Positions 1-10,301 of a stretch of DNA of 32,000 nucleotides are shown in pieces. The notes below the pieces were generated by a model, which did not search any database, was not told where the DNA came from, and worked only from the letters and a program-made list of their open reading frames with translations. The DNA comes from Methanothermus fervidus DSM 2088 (GTDB lineage Archaea; Methanobacteriota; Methanobacteria; DSM-2088; Methanothermaceae): contig CP002278.1 in the NCBI GenBank assembly GCA_000166095.1, forward strand, positions 390,001 to 422,000. The letters run 5' to 3'. How positions within the stretch are numbered: position 1 is the first letter of the stretch; the number at the start of each line of letters is the position of its first letter. The position numbers and the translations under genes were made by a program.

Positions 1-334
1 CAGTAGCTATAACAAGATAATCATATTTTAGTTCTTTTATTTTTGTATCATCAAGTCTTTTATATTTAATTAAGTTCTTAGTAGGTGAAATTTCAATTAC
101 TTCTGTTTCAGTTAATATATTAATATCTTTATCCAAATAATATTCGATATCATGCATTATAATTTCATCAAAGCTTTTTATTTTCCCTGAGAGGACATAA
201 GGTATTGCACAAGGAGAATAAGCAACATATTTATCTTTTGTGATAACTATTATTTCGATTTCTTTGTTGTATTTTCTTATATTAGAAGCTGTGGATAACC
301 CACCTGCACCACTGCCAATTATGACCACTCTCAT
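1..334 (-). CDS. FAD-dependent pyridine nucleotide-disulfide oxidoreductase (NADH oxidase / CoA-disulfide reductase-like), N-terminal part; gene runs off the window start
   Basis: Reverse-strand ATG at 332-334 is preceded by AGGTGA. Translation MRVVIIGSGAGGLSTASNIRKYNKEIEIIVITKDKYVAYSPCAIPYVLSG... shows the Rossmann GxGxxG motif and the SPCxxPY redox-Cys context typical of Nox/CoADR enzymes. Not in the ORF track because it is truncated. Confidence 0.8.
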   Translation of the reverse strand, partial: MRVVIIGSGAGGLSTASNIRKYNKEIEIIVITKDKYVAYSPCAIPYVLSGKIKSFDEIIMHDIEYYLDKDINILTETEVIEISPTKNLIKYKRLDDTKIKELKYDYLVIAT

Positions 335-348
335 AACGTCACCTTACC

Positions 349-1497
349 CTAAAAAATGATACCTTTTCCAATACTGAATGTAATATTTATAAGGACTATT
401 AAAACCAATATTATGCCAATGCAATTTGTTATAGATTTTGCAACATCTTTTGAAATATTTAAATGTTTTAACAATTCTTCAAACATCAATCCACCATCTA
501 AAGGCTTTATAGGTAGTAAGTTAAAAGATCCTATCCCTAAATTTAAAATTTGTATCCAAGAAAGTAATATACTAAACTCTAATAAAAATGAAAATAATGG
601 TGCATAACTTTCAAGTCCTTTTTTAGGTACATAATTTTCCATACTTCTTATACCCATATATCCTCTTTTTGGATCTTCCGGTTTATGAGCCGTGACTAAA
701 GTATATGTTCCTTTATCAGTCTGAATTTTTATTTTTTCACCTGGTTTTAATTTACTTACTACTGCAAAATAGCTTGAAAAATTATTTGTGGGGTGATCAT
801 TGATAGCATGTATAACCATCCCACTTTTTAAAACCTTCGATGCAGGGGATCCAGGTACAACATCTGTAATTTTCATTCCATCTGGATGAAGTGCTGCAGG
901 AATTATAAAATTTCCAATTAAGAAGGCAATTGCTAAACATATTAATGCTAAAGTGATGTTTGCAACCGACCCTGCAGCATATATCCTAAGTTTAGATATT
1001 CTTTTAGCTTTTTTCATGTCATTTTCATCAGGCTCTACAAATGCTCCAGGAAGTATGGCTAAAAGCATTACTCCAATAGATTTTATTCTAACTCCTTCTA
1101 CTCTGGCTAATATTCCATGTGCTAACTCATGCACTACTAAAACAGTTACTAATGCTATTATTCCATACCCTAAAGGCACATATATCTGTGATCCGGGCAT
1201 GTCAACGCCAGGCACGACAACTGAAACTGCAGGTTTTTTAAATACTGTTTTTAATGAATAAAAAAGAAATACTGTTGTCACAACCATGGTAATAAATGCA
1301 ACCACAATTCCAACATTCATATACCATTTCCAGAATTTTTTATGTCTTTTAGCGATTCTATCTATAAATTCTCTCATTCTTTTTGTTTTTCTCATCATTA
1401 ATAATCCATGAATTTCAATTTTCAATTTGTCCCTAAAGATTATTCCAAATGTCCAAACAATGAGAAAAAATATCAGATAAAAATGCAAAGCATCCAT
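349..1497 (-). CDS. Site-2 protease family (M50) membrane metalloprotease with PDZ domain
   Basis: 382-aa ORF with multiple TM segments, HExxH (VVHELAHGI), a second M50 motif NLLPIKPLDGG, and a PDZ-like soluble insert (ITDVVPGSPASKVLKSGMVIHAIN). It lies 2 nt downstream of moeA. Confidence 0.88.
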   Translation of the reverse strand: MDALHFYLIFFLIVWTFGIIFRDKLKIEIHGLLMMRKTKRMREFIDRIAKRHKKFWKWYMNVGIVVAFITMVVTTVFLFYSLKTVFKKPAVSVVVPGVDMPGSQIYVPLGYGIIALVTVLVVHELAHGILARVEGVRIKSIGVMLLAILPGAFVEPDENDMKKAKRISKLRIYAAGSVANITLALICLAIAFLIGNFIIPAALHPDGMKITDVVPGSPASKVLKSGMVIHAINDHPTNNFSSYFAVVSKLKPGEKIKIQTDKGTYTLVTAHKPEDPKRGYMGIRSMENYVPKKGLESYAPLFSFLLEFSILLSWIQILNLGIGSFNLLPIKPLDGGLMFEELLKHLNISKDVAKSITNCIGIILVLIVLINITFSIGKGIIF

Positions 1498-1499
1498 TA

Positions 1500-2723
1500 T
1501 TACACCCCTAATGTAAATGAATTAAATAATATTACATCACATTCTTCACCTTTATATATACCTTCAACATTTTCATCCACTACTATATAACAGTTTGCTT
1601 TCACCATAGATCTTATTATACCAGAGCCTTTACTTAAAATTGGTGTAACATATTTGTCATCTGCAATGCCTCTAACAAAAGTTGTTCTTCCCAGGCTTGA
1701 TATTATCTTCTTCTTTGTTATTCTTTTAACTATTTGATGTTCAAAATCTATGCCTTGCATCCTAAGGAGGTAAGGTCTTACAAAAATATCAAATTGTACC
1801 ATTGCAGCCACTGGATATCCTGAAAGCATGAAAATAGGTGTACCATCAATTTTTCCAAATGCCATGGCTTTTCCTGGTTGTATTGCAGTGCCATGGAAAA
1901 ATACTTTACCAATCTCATCTACAGTGTCTACAACAATGTCACTTTCACTCACTGCGGTTCCACCAGTAGTTATTATTAAGTCATATTTTTCTTTAGCTTC
2001 TAAAAGCATTTCTTTAAGCTGGGTAGGGTTGTCATTACAGTGTTTAACATTTGGAATTGCATTAGTACTTTTTACCATTCCTAACATAATATACTTGTTG
2101 GAATTAATTATTTCTCCAAGTTTTAAACTCTCTTTGGGTTCTACTAATTCATCCCCAGTTACTATTATATTTACTTTGGGTCTTTTATATACCTCAATTT
2201 TAGAATAACCAGCAGATGCTAATGCTCCAAGTTCTTGAGATCTCAATATTTGCCCTTTTTTTATAACTTTATCACCACGTTTTATATCTTCTCCTTTCAA
2301 AGACACATTTTCTAAGGGTGTTACTCTTTTTGTGATGAGAATTTTATCATCATTTTTTTCTAAAACATATTCTTCCATTATCACTGCATTTGCACCAGGA
2401 GGTAGTGGTGCACCAGTATTAACTTTAATTGCTTCTCCAGAATTTATTTTTTTATTTGATGCACTTCCTGCAGATATTCTATCTATAACTTTCAATTCTA
2501 CAGGATTATCTTCAGAAGCTTGAAAAGTATCTTCAGCTTTAACTGCATAACCATCCATTGCAGCTCTATCAAAAGGTGGTGAATCTAGTTTTGAGACAAT
2601 GTCTTTAGCACAAATTCTCTTATATGCATTTTCTAATCTTACAACCTCCAAATCTAATATTTTTTGTTCTTTTTCTAGTATTTTATATACTTCATTAATT
2701 GAAAAAAGTTTTGTAAAAAACAA
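1500..2723 (-). CDS. moeA: Molybdopterin molybdenumtransferase MoeA
   Basis: 407-aa ORF with MoeA blocks (PPFDRAAMDGYAV, VNTGAPLPPGANAV, IITTGGTAVSESD, AIQPGKAMAFG). TTG start is preceded by GGAGGTGAT plus 3 nt. Confidence 0.9.
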   Translation of the reverse strand: MFFTKLFSINEVYKILEKEQKILDLEVVRLENAYKRICAKDIVSKLDSPPFDRAAMDGYAVKAEDTFQASEDNPVELKVIDRISAGSASNKKINSGEAIKVNTGAPLPPGANAVIMEEYVLEKNDDKILITKRVTPLENVSLKGEDIKRGDKVIKKGQILRSQELGALASAGYSKIEVYKRPKVNIIVTGDELVEPKESLKLGEIINSNKYIMLGMVKSTNAIPNVKHCNDNPTQLKEMLLEAKEKYDLIITTGGTAVSESDIVVDTVDEIGKVFFHGTAIQPGKAMAFGKIDGTPIFMLSGYPVAAMVQFDIFVRPYLLRMQGIDFEHQIVKRITKKKIISSLGRTTFVRGIADDKYVTPILSKGSGIIRSMVKANCYIVVDENVEGIYKGEECDVILFNSFTLGV

Positions 2724-2774
2724 TTAATCACCTCCATTAGTAAAAACTTTTTAACAAATTTAAAAATATTATTT

Positions 2775-3692
2775 TTGATGAAAGCTGTGGAACTTAAAGG
2801 CGTGAGTAAAAAATTTGGGGAAATTAATGCGCTTAATAATTTTACTTTAGAGATTGAAGAAGGAGAAATTATGGGAATAATAGGCCCCAATGGTGCTGGA
2901 AAAACAACGACTATAAGAATAATATCCGGTATATTACGTCCTGATGATGGAGAAGTACGTGTATATGGATATGATGTTACTAAAAATCCTTTAGAAGTTA
3001 AAAAACTGATTGGTTACTTACCTGAAGAACCAAATCTATATGAAAGATTTACAGTTTATGAGTTGCTTAAGTATTTTGGCGAACTTTATGATGTAGATAA
3101 GAAAAAATTAGAAATGCGGATAAAAAAACTTTTAAAATTAGTAAATATGGAAGATAGAGCAAATCATCGTATAAATACCTTATCTAAAGGAATGAGACAA
3201 AGAGTCGCGGTTGCAAGAGCATTAATACATGATCCAAAAATAGTAATATTTGATGAACCAACGATGGGTTTAGACCCTGGTACTGCACTTACAATAAGAA
3301 AATTCATTGCAAAACTTAGAGGTAAAAAAACTGTAATTTTATGTACACATTATATGGAAGAGGCAGAAATGTTATGTGATAGGGTTGCTATATTAAATAA
3401 AGGTAAAATTTTGGATATAGGAACTCCTGAAGAATTGAAATCTAAAATTCACAGTCCAATTGTCCTCCAAGTAAAATTGAATGACTTAAATGTATTAAGA
3501 AATTTAGAGATTCAAGGTATCAAAAAAATTGAAGTTAAAAAACACCACAATGTTGAGATTTTTCTAGAAAAAAGATCTGTAATCCCAAAAATAGTTGAAA
3601 AATTAGGAAAAAATATCCTATCTATCAATACAAAAGAAACATCATTACAAGACGTTTTTATAAAGATGGTTGGTGAGGATGAGTTTCATTAA
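2775..3692 (+). CDS. ABC transporter ATP-binding protein (ABC-2/CcmA-like)
   Basis: Walker A GPNGAGKTT, signature LSKGMRQRV, Walker B IVIFDEPTMGLD, H-loop CTHYMEE. The exact start is uncertain (TTG 2775, ATG 2778 or GTG 2787). Confidence 0.93.
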   Translation: MMKAVELKGVSKKFGEINALNNFTLEIEEGEIMGIIGPNGAGKTTTIRIISGILRPDDGEVRVYGYDVTKNPLEVKKLIGYLPEEPNLYERFTVYELLKYFGELYDVDKKKLEMRIKKLLKLVNMEDRANHRINTLSKGMRQRVAVARALIHDPKIVIFDEPTMGLDPGTALTIRKFIAKLRGKKTVILCTHYMEEAEMLCDRVAILNKGKILDIGTPEELKSKIHSPIVLQVKLNDLNVLRNLEIQGIKKIEVKKHHNVEIFLEKRSVIPKIVEKLGKNILSINTKETSLQDVFIKMVGEDEFH

Positions 3693-4800
3693 ACTTGCTA
3701 AATGGGAAATAAAAAATGTATTTAAAAGTAAAAAGTTTATGATTTTGTTTTTATTGCAGATTTTATCTCTTAGCATGATAATTTTTGTTTTCAGCATAGT
3801 ATCACATAGTTTTGAAACTCGGGAAGTTACATTAAATCCTTCATTTACTTTTGTTACATTAGGTATAAATGATCCCACAGGGCTAATAATTAAAAATATT
3901 GATCAAAGTTGCTTAAAACTTGAAAAAAATAACTTATCAATAAATAACGTTAAAAACAATGATTTAACTGGAGTTTTAATTGTCAATTCTTCGTCTCCAA
4001 TATCTTTGGATTTGTTTTTGAATGGAAAAGATCCAAAATCCATAGTTATTAAAGATGAAGTTTCAAAAGCATCGAACAGGACAGAAAGTATTATTTTAAA
4101 TAAAATTGTAAATAAATTAGGAATTTCAAAAAAAATTCCAAATGCTCAAACCATATCAAGAGGAGAAGCTTTACCAGTAAAACTGATTAATAAATTTATG
4201 ATCGCAATATTATTGTTCCTTCCAATTTTTCTTTTTGGAAATATCATAGTAGATAATATGGTGGGAGAAAAAGAAAGAAAAACAATAGAATTTCTTCTGG
4301 TTTTACCTACAACTAAAACATCAATAATTTTTTCAAAATCTCTTTCTGCTCTAATTGTAATTGGAATCCAGGTGTTTATATGGATAAATATATTATCACT
4401 CTTGGGCTTTAAAATTCCACAACCGCTGTTAGTTTATACCATAATTATTTTTACGGCGATTCCTATAGTTGGAGTAACAATGTTGATATCTGTTTTTGCT
4501 AAAAACTATGGAGAAGCTGGCATGGCAGTCACAATCACTTATATAATAATACTTGGAATATTAGTTATTCCCACAATTTTATACATAACAAACCCTAGGA
4601 TAGTTATTTCACCAATGACGCTTGTGGTGAAATTACTTTCTTCTCAGCCCCTTACCTTAAGTGATTTAATCGTGCCTTTTTCTTTAATATTTTCCGTTGC
4701 TTTTATAAGTTATACATTGTCAATATACTTATTTGGAAAGGATGAAATAATATTTGGACCCAGACCTAGTGTATTTAAAATTATATGGGGGAGAAAATGA
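3670..4800 (+). CDS. ABC-2 family permease (NatB-like), paralogue 1
   Basis: 376 aa. It has an N-terminal TM, a roughly 140-aa predicted external loop, the GEKERKTIEFLL motif and then 5 hydrophobic helices. It overlaps the ATPase stop. An alternative ATG lies at 3679. Confidence 0.85.
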   Translation: MVRMSFIKLAKWEIKNVFKSKKFMILFLLQILSLSMIIFVFSIVSHSFETREVTLNPSFTFVTLGINDPTGLIIKNIDQSCLKLEKNNLSINNVKNNDLTGVLIVNSSSPISLDLFLNGKDPKSIVIKDEVSKASNRTESIILNKIVNKLGISKKIPNAQTISRGEALPVKLINKFMIAILLFLPIFLFGNIIVDNMVGEKERKTIEFLLVLPTTKTSIIFSKSLSALIVIGIQVFIWINILSLLGFKIPQPLLVYTIIIFTAIPIVGVTMLISVFAKNYGEAGMAVTITYIIILGILVIPTILYITNPRIVISPMTLVVKLLSSQPLTLSDLIVPFSLIFSVAFISYTLSIYLFGKDEIIFGPRPSVFKIIWGRK

Positions 4801-5903
4801 GCGTTATTCCTCTAATCAAAAAAGAAACAAAAGATATTATTTTTAATCGCCTTTATATTTTCATGGTGCTATTACAAATATTCATAATAGTAGGTGCCTT
4901 TCTACTTTCTCTTGCGTTTGCTGCAACTACTGATCCTCAAGTAATTGACAAAATAGGATTAAAAGATTTATTAAGCGTAGGATTAGCAGATTCATTACGT
5001 GGGTCTTCCTTAGATAATTATATTAAGTCACAAAATTTAAACACAATTTATTATAAGACATTAGAGGAAGGTAGAAAAGCATTAGGTTCTAAGATAATTG
5101 CATTTGTTTATGAAAAAAATGGTAACATTAATGTTGAATTAGATTACGGGAATGTATTTTCTCCTGTTGTGTCACAAAAAATCAATAAAGCAATAGAAAA
5201 ATATAGAGTAGATGCAATGCTAAATAAATATAACATAAAATTAAAATCTGTAAGGCTAAACGAACATTATATTGACAATAATTCTTTACCTTTTTTACTA
5301 CAAAGTCCAACTTTTGTTAAAATGATGTATGTTTTTATTATACCTTTAGTTCTTTTTCTTCCATATTTCATGGCATTAGATATTATAACTGACACGATAG
5401 TAGGTGAAAAAGAAAGAAAAACCTTTGAAATTTTACTGATGGCACCACTACCTGAATATAAAATTATTCTTGGAAAAATAACGCCAATATTATTATTTTC
5501 TACGGTCCAAGCATGTGCGTGGATGATTTTACTCCAAATTTTAAAACTTCCAATCTACAATCAATTTTATGTAATTACATTTTTGTTTATCTGTGGTATG
5601 GGACTTATAGGTGCTGGATTACTGATATCTATGGTTGTTGAAAGTACAAAGGAATCTAACACTGCCATGACATTATTATTATCTTTAATAACTTTTATAT
5701 TTTTTATACCACTGTTTACAAAAGTGCCAGTTCTTTCTCAGTTTTCTGATTACATTCCTACAATAATTTTAATTAAAACTTTTTCAAATCCAACATTAAA
5801 AGAGGAAGTGATTTTTGATTCGATTCCAACTTTAATCTTTTCTCTTTTAATCATTATTATTTCAGTAGAAATTTTTAAACATCAAAAAGTAATAAGGTTG
5901 TGA
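4785..5903 (+). CDS. ABC-2 family permease (NatB-like), paralogue 2
   Basis: 372 aa with the same architecture and a GEKERKTFEILL motif encoded by nearly identical nucleotides (GAAAAAGAAAGAAAAAC in both genes). The likely true start is ATG 4797, which overlaps the upstream stop as ATGA and follows GGGGGAG. Confidence 0.85.
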   Translation: MGEKMSVIPLIKKETKDIIFNRLYIFMVLLQIFIIVGAFLLSLAFAATTDPQVIDKIGLKDLLSVGLADSLRGSSLDNYIKSQNLNTIYYKTLEEGRKALGSKIIAFVYEKNGNINVELDYGNVFSPVVSQKINKAIEKYRVDAMLNKYNIKLKSVRLNEHYIDNNSLPFLLQSPTFVKMMYVFIIPLVLFLPYFMALDIITDTIVGEKERKTFEILLMAPLPEYKIILGKITPILLFSTVQACAWMILLQILKLPIYNQFYVITFLFICGMGLIGAGLLISMVVESTKESNTAMTLLLSLITFIFFIPLFTKVPVLSQFSDYIPTIILIKTFSNPTLKEEVIFDSIPTLIFSLLIIIISVEIFKHQKVIRL

Positions 5904-5913
5904 GGTGATACTT

Positions 5914-6771
5914 TTGATAATAGGTGGTTCTGCATCACAAAAATTGGCTGCAGACATTGCAAACATTCTAAATGAAAAATTAGGTAACTTAGAGATTAAA
6001 AAATTCCCAGATGGTGAGAAGTACATACGATTTAATGATGATATTGAGGATGAGATAACAATTGTCCAATCTACAGGTTATCCTCAAGATGAAAACTTAA
6101 TTGAATTATTTCTAATAGCAAAAAACCTTAAAAGTTTGGGTTGTAAAAAAGTTAGGGCAGTTATTCCATATTTGGCTTATAGTAGACAAGATAAAAGATT
6201 TAAGAAAGGAGAGGCCATTTCCATATCAATTATTGCAAACTTAATAGAATCATCAGGAATAGATGAAGTTATTACAGTAAATCTTCATGAAGAGAAAATA
6301 GTGGAATTCTTTAATATTCCAGTCAAAAATTTGTCTGCAATGCCCTTACTAGCCGAATATTTTAAAGATATTGTGAACAATCCTATTGTGGTTGCCCCTG
6401 ATGAGGGCGCATTGCAACATGCCAAAGAAGTGGCTAAAATACTTGATTGCGAATATGATTATTTGAAAAAAAAGCGTATATCCCCGGATAAAGTCTCAAC
6501 AGAAATTAAAGAAATAAATGTAAAAAATAAGGATGTGATATTAGTTGATGATATCATAAGTACTGGAGGTACTATTATCAATGCTTCAAAGATTTTAAAA
6601 AATGAAAAAGCTAAAAATATATTTGTTGGTTGTGTTCATCCTGTACTTGTTGGTGATGCATTGATGAAGATATATTTGAGTGGTGTAAAAGAAATTGTAG
6701 GTACTGATACGTTGTCATCCCCTATAAGTAAAGTATCAGTTGCTCCTCTTTTAGCTAATACATTAAAATAG
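5914..6771 (+). CDS. prs: Ribose-phosphate pyrophosphokinase (PRPP synthetase)
   Basis: Class III archaeal Prs features: IIGGSASQKLA N-terminus, PYLAYSRQDKRF, PRPP loop VDDIISTGGT. The ORF opens at GTG 5905, but the in-frame TTG 5914 sits 4 nt after GAGGTGAT and gives the usual N-terminus. Confidence 0.92.
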   Translation: MIIGGSASQKLAADIANILNEKLGNLEIKKFPDGEKYIRFNDDIEDEITIVQSTGYPQDENLIELFLIAKNLKSLGCKKVRAVIPYLAYSRQDKRFKKGEAISISIIANLIESSGIDEVITVNLHEEKIVEFFNIPVKNLSAMPLLAEYFKDIVNNPIVVAPDEGALQHAKEVAKILDCEYDYLKKKRISPDKVSTEIKEINVKNKDVILVDDIISTGGTIINASKILKNEKAKNIFVGCVHPVLVGDALMKIYLSGVKEIVGTDTLSSPISKVSVAPLLANTLK

Positions 6772-8631
6772 TCAATGAGGGATAGCCTTTGTCATGTCTT
6801 TTGGAATAATACTACCAACTTTTTGCATTTTCTCTATTAATGTTTTTTTCTTTTTACCTACAAGCACATGTTCCAAGACTTCCCCAAGTGTCTCAACTGG
6901 TACAATTTCGACTTTATCTTCATAGTGTTTTTCAATCATTACATCTTTATAGTTAGATTTTGGAATTAATACTTTCTTAATACCAGCCTCAGCTGCAGCC
7001 TCTATTTTGCTAGTTACACCTCCAACAGGTAACACTTCCCCTCTAACACTTAATGATCCTGTAAGTGCAACTGACTGATCTACAGGTATATTTTCAAGAG
7101 CAGAAATCACTGCAGCTGCAACTGATACACTAGCACTATCACCTTCAACCCCTTCATAGGTTTGTAAGAATTGTATGTGAATATCATAGTTAGAAATATC
7201 TCTTCCTGTATATTTTTTGATGAGTGCACTAACATTTTGTACGGCTTCTTTTGCAATTTTGCCTAATTTACCAGTGGCAATTATTCTTCCTTCTTCTTTA
7301 CTTTGTGATGGTACAGCTTCCGCAGCTATTGGTAATACTATTCCACTTCTATCACCTATTACAGCTAAACCATTTACACGACCTATTTCATAACCTTTAG
7401 ATTTGAAAACACTGTATCTTTTTCTATTTTCTATGTATCTGTCAGCTATTTGCTGTTCTAATGTTCTGGCATGTTTTTTAGCTTTAATTACGTGTTCTCT
7501 TCTAACTAATTTTGAGTTTTCACTTCTAGCAACGTCTCCAGCTGCTCTTATTAAACCACCTAAATCTCTTAATTTAAGTGTTAGCATGCCTTTTTTACCT
7601 GCCCTTCTCCTTGCTTCTCTTATTATTTCATCAATTGCTCCTCTGTCAAAATGTGGAATTTTTCCATCTTTTTTAACTTCTTGAGCTATAAACTGAACGA
7701 GTTTTTTTCTATTTTCAGGAGTATCTGGCATTGTATTTCGCATATAAACTTCATATCCATATCCACGAATTCTTGAACGTAGGGCTGGATGCATTCCTTT
7801 TAATGCATCTAAATTACCTGCAGCAACTAACACAAAATCACAAGGTACTGCTTCTGATCTTACCATTGCACCACTACTGGTCTCACTTTGGCCAGTTATT
7901 GCATATTTTTTTTCTTGCATCGCTGTCAATAATTCTTGTTGTGTTTTCATTTTTAAAGTACTTATTTCATCAATGAAAAGAACTCCCTTATGTGCTCTAT
8001 GAATCATTCCTGGTTCAACTCTTTCATGGGCTGGAGTACCTAAACCTCCGGATTGATATGGATCATGTCTTACATCACCTAACAATGCTCCAGCATGAGC
8101 ACCCGTAGCATCTACAAATGGTGCTTTTTTTCTATTTTCATTATTAACCAATAATTTTGGCACTTGAACAGATTCTTTAGTTTTTATATGTTGCATGGCT
8201 AAAAATACTAATGCAGCAGCTATTATACTCGCTAAGAACTCTTTTGTTATTATACCCATGAATATGATTGTGATGATTAAAAATAACATGAGCGAGTTTT
8301 TCTTTTCTTCTTGAGCTCTTGCTCTTCTTTTATAATTCATTACAATCTTTTTTCCTTCACCAGCAGGTACCACGCTAACCTTTGGATTGTTTGGATCTTC
8401 GGGATTTGGATACACTAAAATGTCTTCTAATTGTTCACGTGGCAATAGTTCTGCCATGGCCTGCGCAAGCATTGATTTACCAGTTCCGGGCTCACCAATT
8501 AATAATACATTTCTTTTTTGTTTTGCAGCCTTTTTAATTGTCTCAACAGCTTCTTCTTGCCCTATAACCTGATCTATTAGCCTCTTAGGAACTTTAACAT
8601 CTTTTGTTGTTTTATATTCAAATTCTGACAT
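6772..8631 (-). CDS. lon: Archaeal membrane-anchored Lon protease (LonB)
   Basis: Walker A GEPGTGKS, Walker B VLFIDE, a hydrophobic insert (LMLFLIITIIFMGIITKEFLASIIAAALVFLAM) inside the AAA+ domain, and a C-terminal Lon protease domain (GDSASVSVAAAVISAL, GGVTSKIEAA). The ORF opens at 8664. ATG 8631 is preferred because GGAGG lies upstream of it. Confidence 0.95.
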   Translation of the reverse strand: MSEFEYKTTKDVKVPKRLIDQVIGQEEAVETIKKAAKQKRNVLLIGEPGTGKSMLAQAMAELLPREQLEDILVYPNPEDPNNPKVSVVPAGEGKKIVMNYKRRARAQEEKKNSLMLFLIITIIFMGIITKEFLASIIAAALVFLAMQHIKTKESVQVPKLLVNNENRKKAPFVDATGAHAGALLGDVRHDPYQSGGLGTPAHERVEPGMIHRAHKGVLFIDEISTLKMKTQQELLTAMQEKKYAITGQSETSSGAMVRSEAVPCDFVLVAAGNLDALKGMHPALRSRIRGYGYEVYMRNTMPDTPENRKKLVQFIAQEVKKDGKIPHFDRGAIDEIIREARRRAGKKGMLTLKLRDLGGLIRAAGDVARSENSKLVRREHVIKAKKHARTLEQQIADRYIENRKRYSVFKSKGYEIGRVNGLAVIGDRSGIVLPIAAEAVPSQSKEEGRIIATGKLGKIAKEAVQNVSALIKKYTGRDISNYDIHIQFLQTYEGVEGDSASVSVAAAVISALENIPVDQSVALTGSLSVRGEVLPVGGVTSKIEAAAEAGIKKVLIPKSNYKDVMIEKHYEDKVEIVPVETLGEVLEHVLVGKKKKTLIEKMQKVGSIIPKDMTKAIPH

Positions 8632-8664
8632 TTTTAGATCTATGCCTCCTACAATTTTTATCAA

Positions 8665-8754
8665 GTTTTATGGTGAGACAAATAAAAACTTAACATTAAC
8701 TATTATGTAACATTCAAGTATTTATATATCATCTTTATGTTGGGGAGATATACA
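8665..8754. promoter_or_regulatory. Divergent lon / cobQ intergenic promoter region
   Basis: TTTATATA at 8721-8728 lies about 27 nt upstream of the cobQ ATG 8755. On the minus strand, AAGTTTTTATTTG (about 8680-8692) lies upstream of the lon GGAGG (8645-8649). Confidence 0.35.
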
Positions 8755-10278
8755 ATGGCCAATAACCTTGCAAAGTGTTTAATGGTACAAGGCACATCAT
8801 CAAATGCTGGAAAGAGCGTATTAGTTGCTGCATTATGTAGAATATTTGCAAGAAAAGGATATAGTGTTGCACCTTTTAAATCACAAAATATGTCACTCAA
8901 TTCATATGCAACTGAAGAAAATTCAGAGATAGCAATGGCTCAAGCATTGCAAGCTGAAGCTGCCGGTGTGAAACCATCACATCATATGAATCCTATACTT
9001 TTAAAACCAAAAGGAGGGTTTATTTCACAAGTTATAGTGCATGGAAAACCTGTTGGAGATATGAGTTTTGATGAATACCAAAAAAAATTTCGAAAGAAAG
9101 CATTAGAGGCAATTAAAGAATCTTTGACATATCTAAGAAAACGTCATGACATAATAATAATAGAAGGAGCAGGTTCACCAGCTGAAATAAATATCCAAAA
9201 ATATGATTTGGCAAACATGAAAGTTGCACAATTAGCAGACTCAAATGTTATTCTTGTGGCAGATATAGATAGGGGCGGAGTTTTTGCATCAATTGCAGGA
9301 ACTTTTTTATTGCTGAATAAAGAAGATAGAAAAAGAATTAAAGGAATAATAATCAATAAATTTAGAGGGAATTTAGATATTTTAAAACCCGGAATAAAAA
9401 AAATTGAAAAAATTGTTAAAACACCAGTAATAGGAGTATTACCTTATAGTGAAGATTTGAGGTTACCTGAAGAAGATTCAGCATCCTTGGCTGAAAGAAA
9501 ATATAAAAAGAAAGGTAAAATAAAAATAGGAGTCATTCATTTACCAAAGATATCTAATTTTACTGATGTAGATCCATTAGAATCAGAACCAGACGTTAGT
9601 TTAAAATTTATAGGTTTAGATGATTCTTTAGATAAATTAGATGCAGTGATATTACCTGGTACTAGAAACACTGCTAAAGATTTAATTAAAATTAGAGAAC
9701 ATGGATTGGATGAAGAAATTATAGAATTTTCTAAAGATTCTATAGTATTTGGAATTTGTGGCGGATTTCAAATGTTGGGTACAAAAATAATAGATAAATA
9801 TCATAAGGAATCTAAATTTGAAGAGGTGGAAGGACTTGGACTCCTTGACTGTAAAACAAAATTTTCAATATCATCTAAAATAATATCTCAGAGCAAAGGT
9901 ATAGTCCTTGGCGGTGGAATATTTAAAAATATGGAAAATGTCGTTGTTGAGGGTTATGAACTTCATGAGGGCACAACAATATTAAAAAATGTTAGGCCTT
10001 TTATCAAAATAATTAAAGGTCATGGAAATTTATTACATGGTAAATATGATGGTGCAGTTAATGAAAATGTAGCAGGTACATATTTTCATGGTATATTCCA
10101 CAACCCGGAGTTTAGGACACAATTTGTAAATATATTGAGGAAAAAGAAAGGTTTAAAAACAAACAATCACATGAAAGATTACTACAAACAAAATAAAAAA
10201 TATTCTCTAGATAAATTAGCAGATATTGTCCTTAAGCATGTAGATATTAATAAAATAGAAGAGATGTTAGGGTTGTAA
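8755..10278 (+). CDS. cobQ: Cobyric acid synthase (CobQ/CbiP)
   Basis: N-terminal CobQ ATPase domain (MVQGTSSNAGKSVLVAALCR, IIIEGAGSPAEINI, NKFRGN) and a C-terminal GATase domain (GICGGFQMLG, GYELHEG, YFHGIF). The ORF opens at 8737; ATG 8755 gives the conventional N-terminus. Confidence 0.93.
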   Translation: MANNLAKCLMVQGTSSNAGKSVLVAALCRIFARKGYSVAPFKSQNMSLNSYATEENSEIAMAQALQAEAAGVKPSHHMNPILLKPKGGFISQVIVHGKPVGDMSFDEYQKKFRKKALEAIKESLTYLRKRHDIIIIEGAGSPAEINIQKYDLANMKVAQLADSNVILVADIDRGGVFASIAGTFLLLNKEDRKRIKGIIINKFRGNLDILKPGIKKIEKIVKTPVIGVLPYSEDLRLPEEDSASLAERKYKKKGKIKIGVIHLPKISNFTDVDPLESEPDVSLKFIGLDDSLDKLDAVILPGTRNTAKDLIKIREHGLDEEIIEFSKDSIVFGICGGFQMLGTKIIDKYHKESKFEEVEGLGLLDCKTKFSISSKIISQSKGIVLGGGIFKNMENVVVEGYELHEGTTILKNVRPFIKIIKGHGNLLHGKYDGAVNENVAGTYFHGIFHNPEFRTQFVNILRKKKGLKTNNHMKDYYKQNKKYSLDKLADIVLKHVDINKIEEMLGL

Positions 10279-10301
10279 TAAAAAATTTCTTTTGATCAGG
10301 A

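Noticed and set aside
2675-2890. 71-aa - strand ORF spanning the moeA / ABC divergent promoter
   Set aside because: It overlaps the 5' ends of two well-supported genes and the promoter between them. Its sequence is low-complexity and has no RBS.
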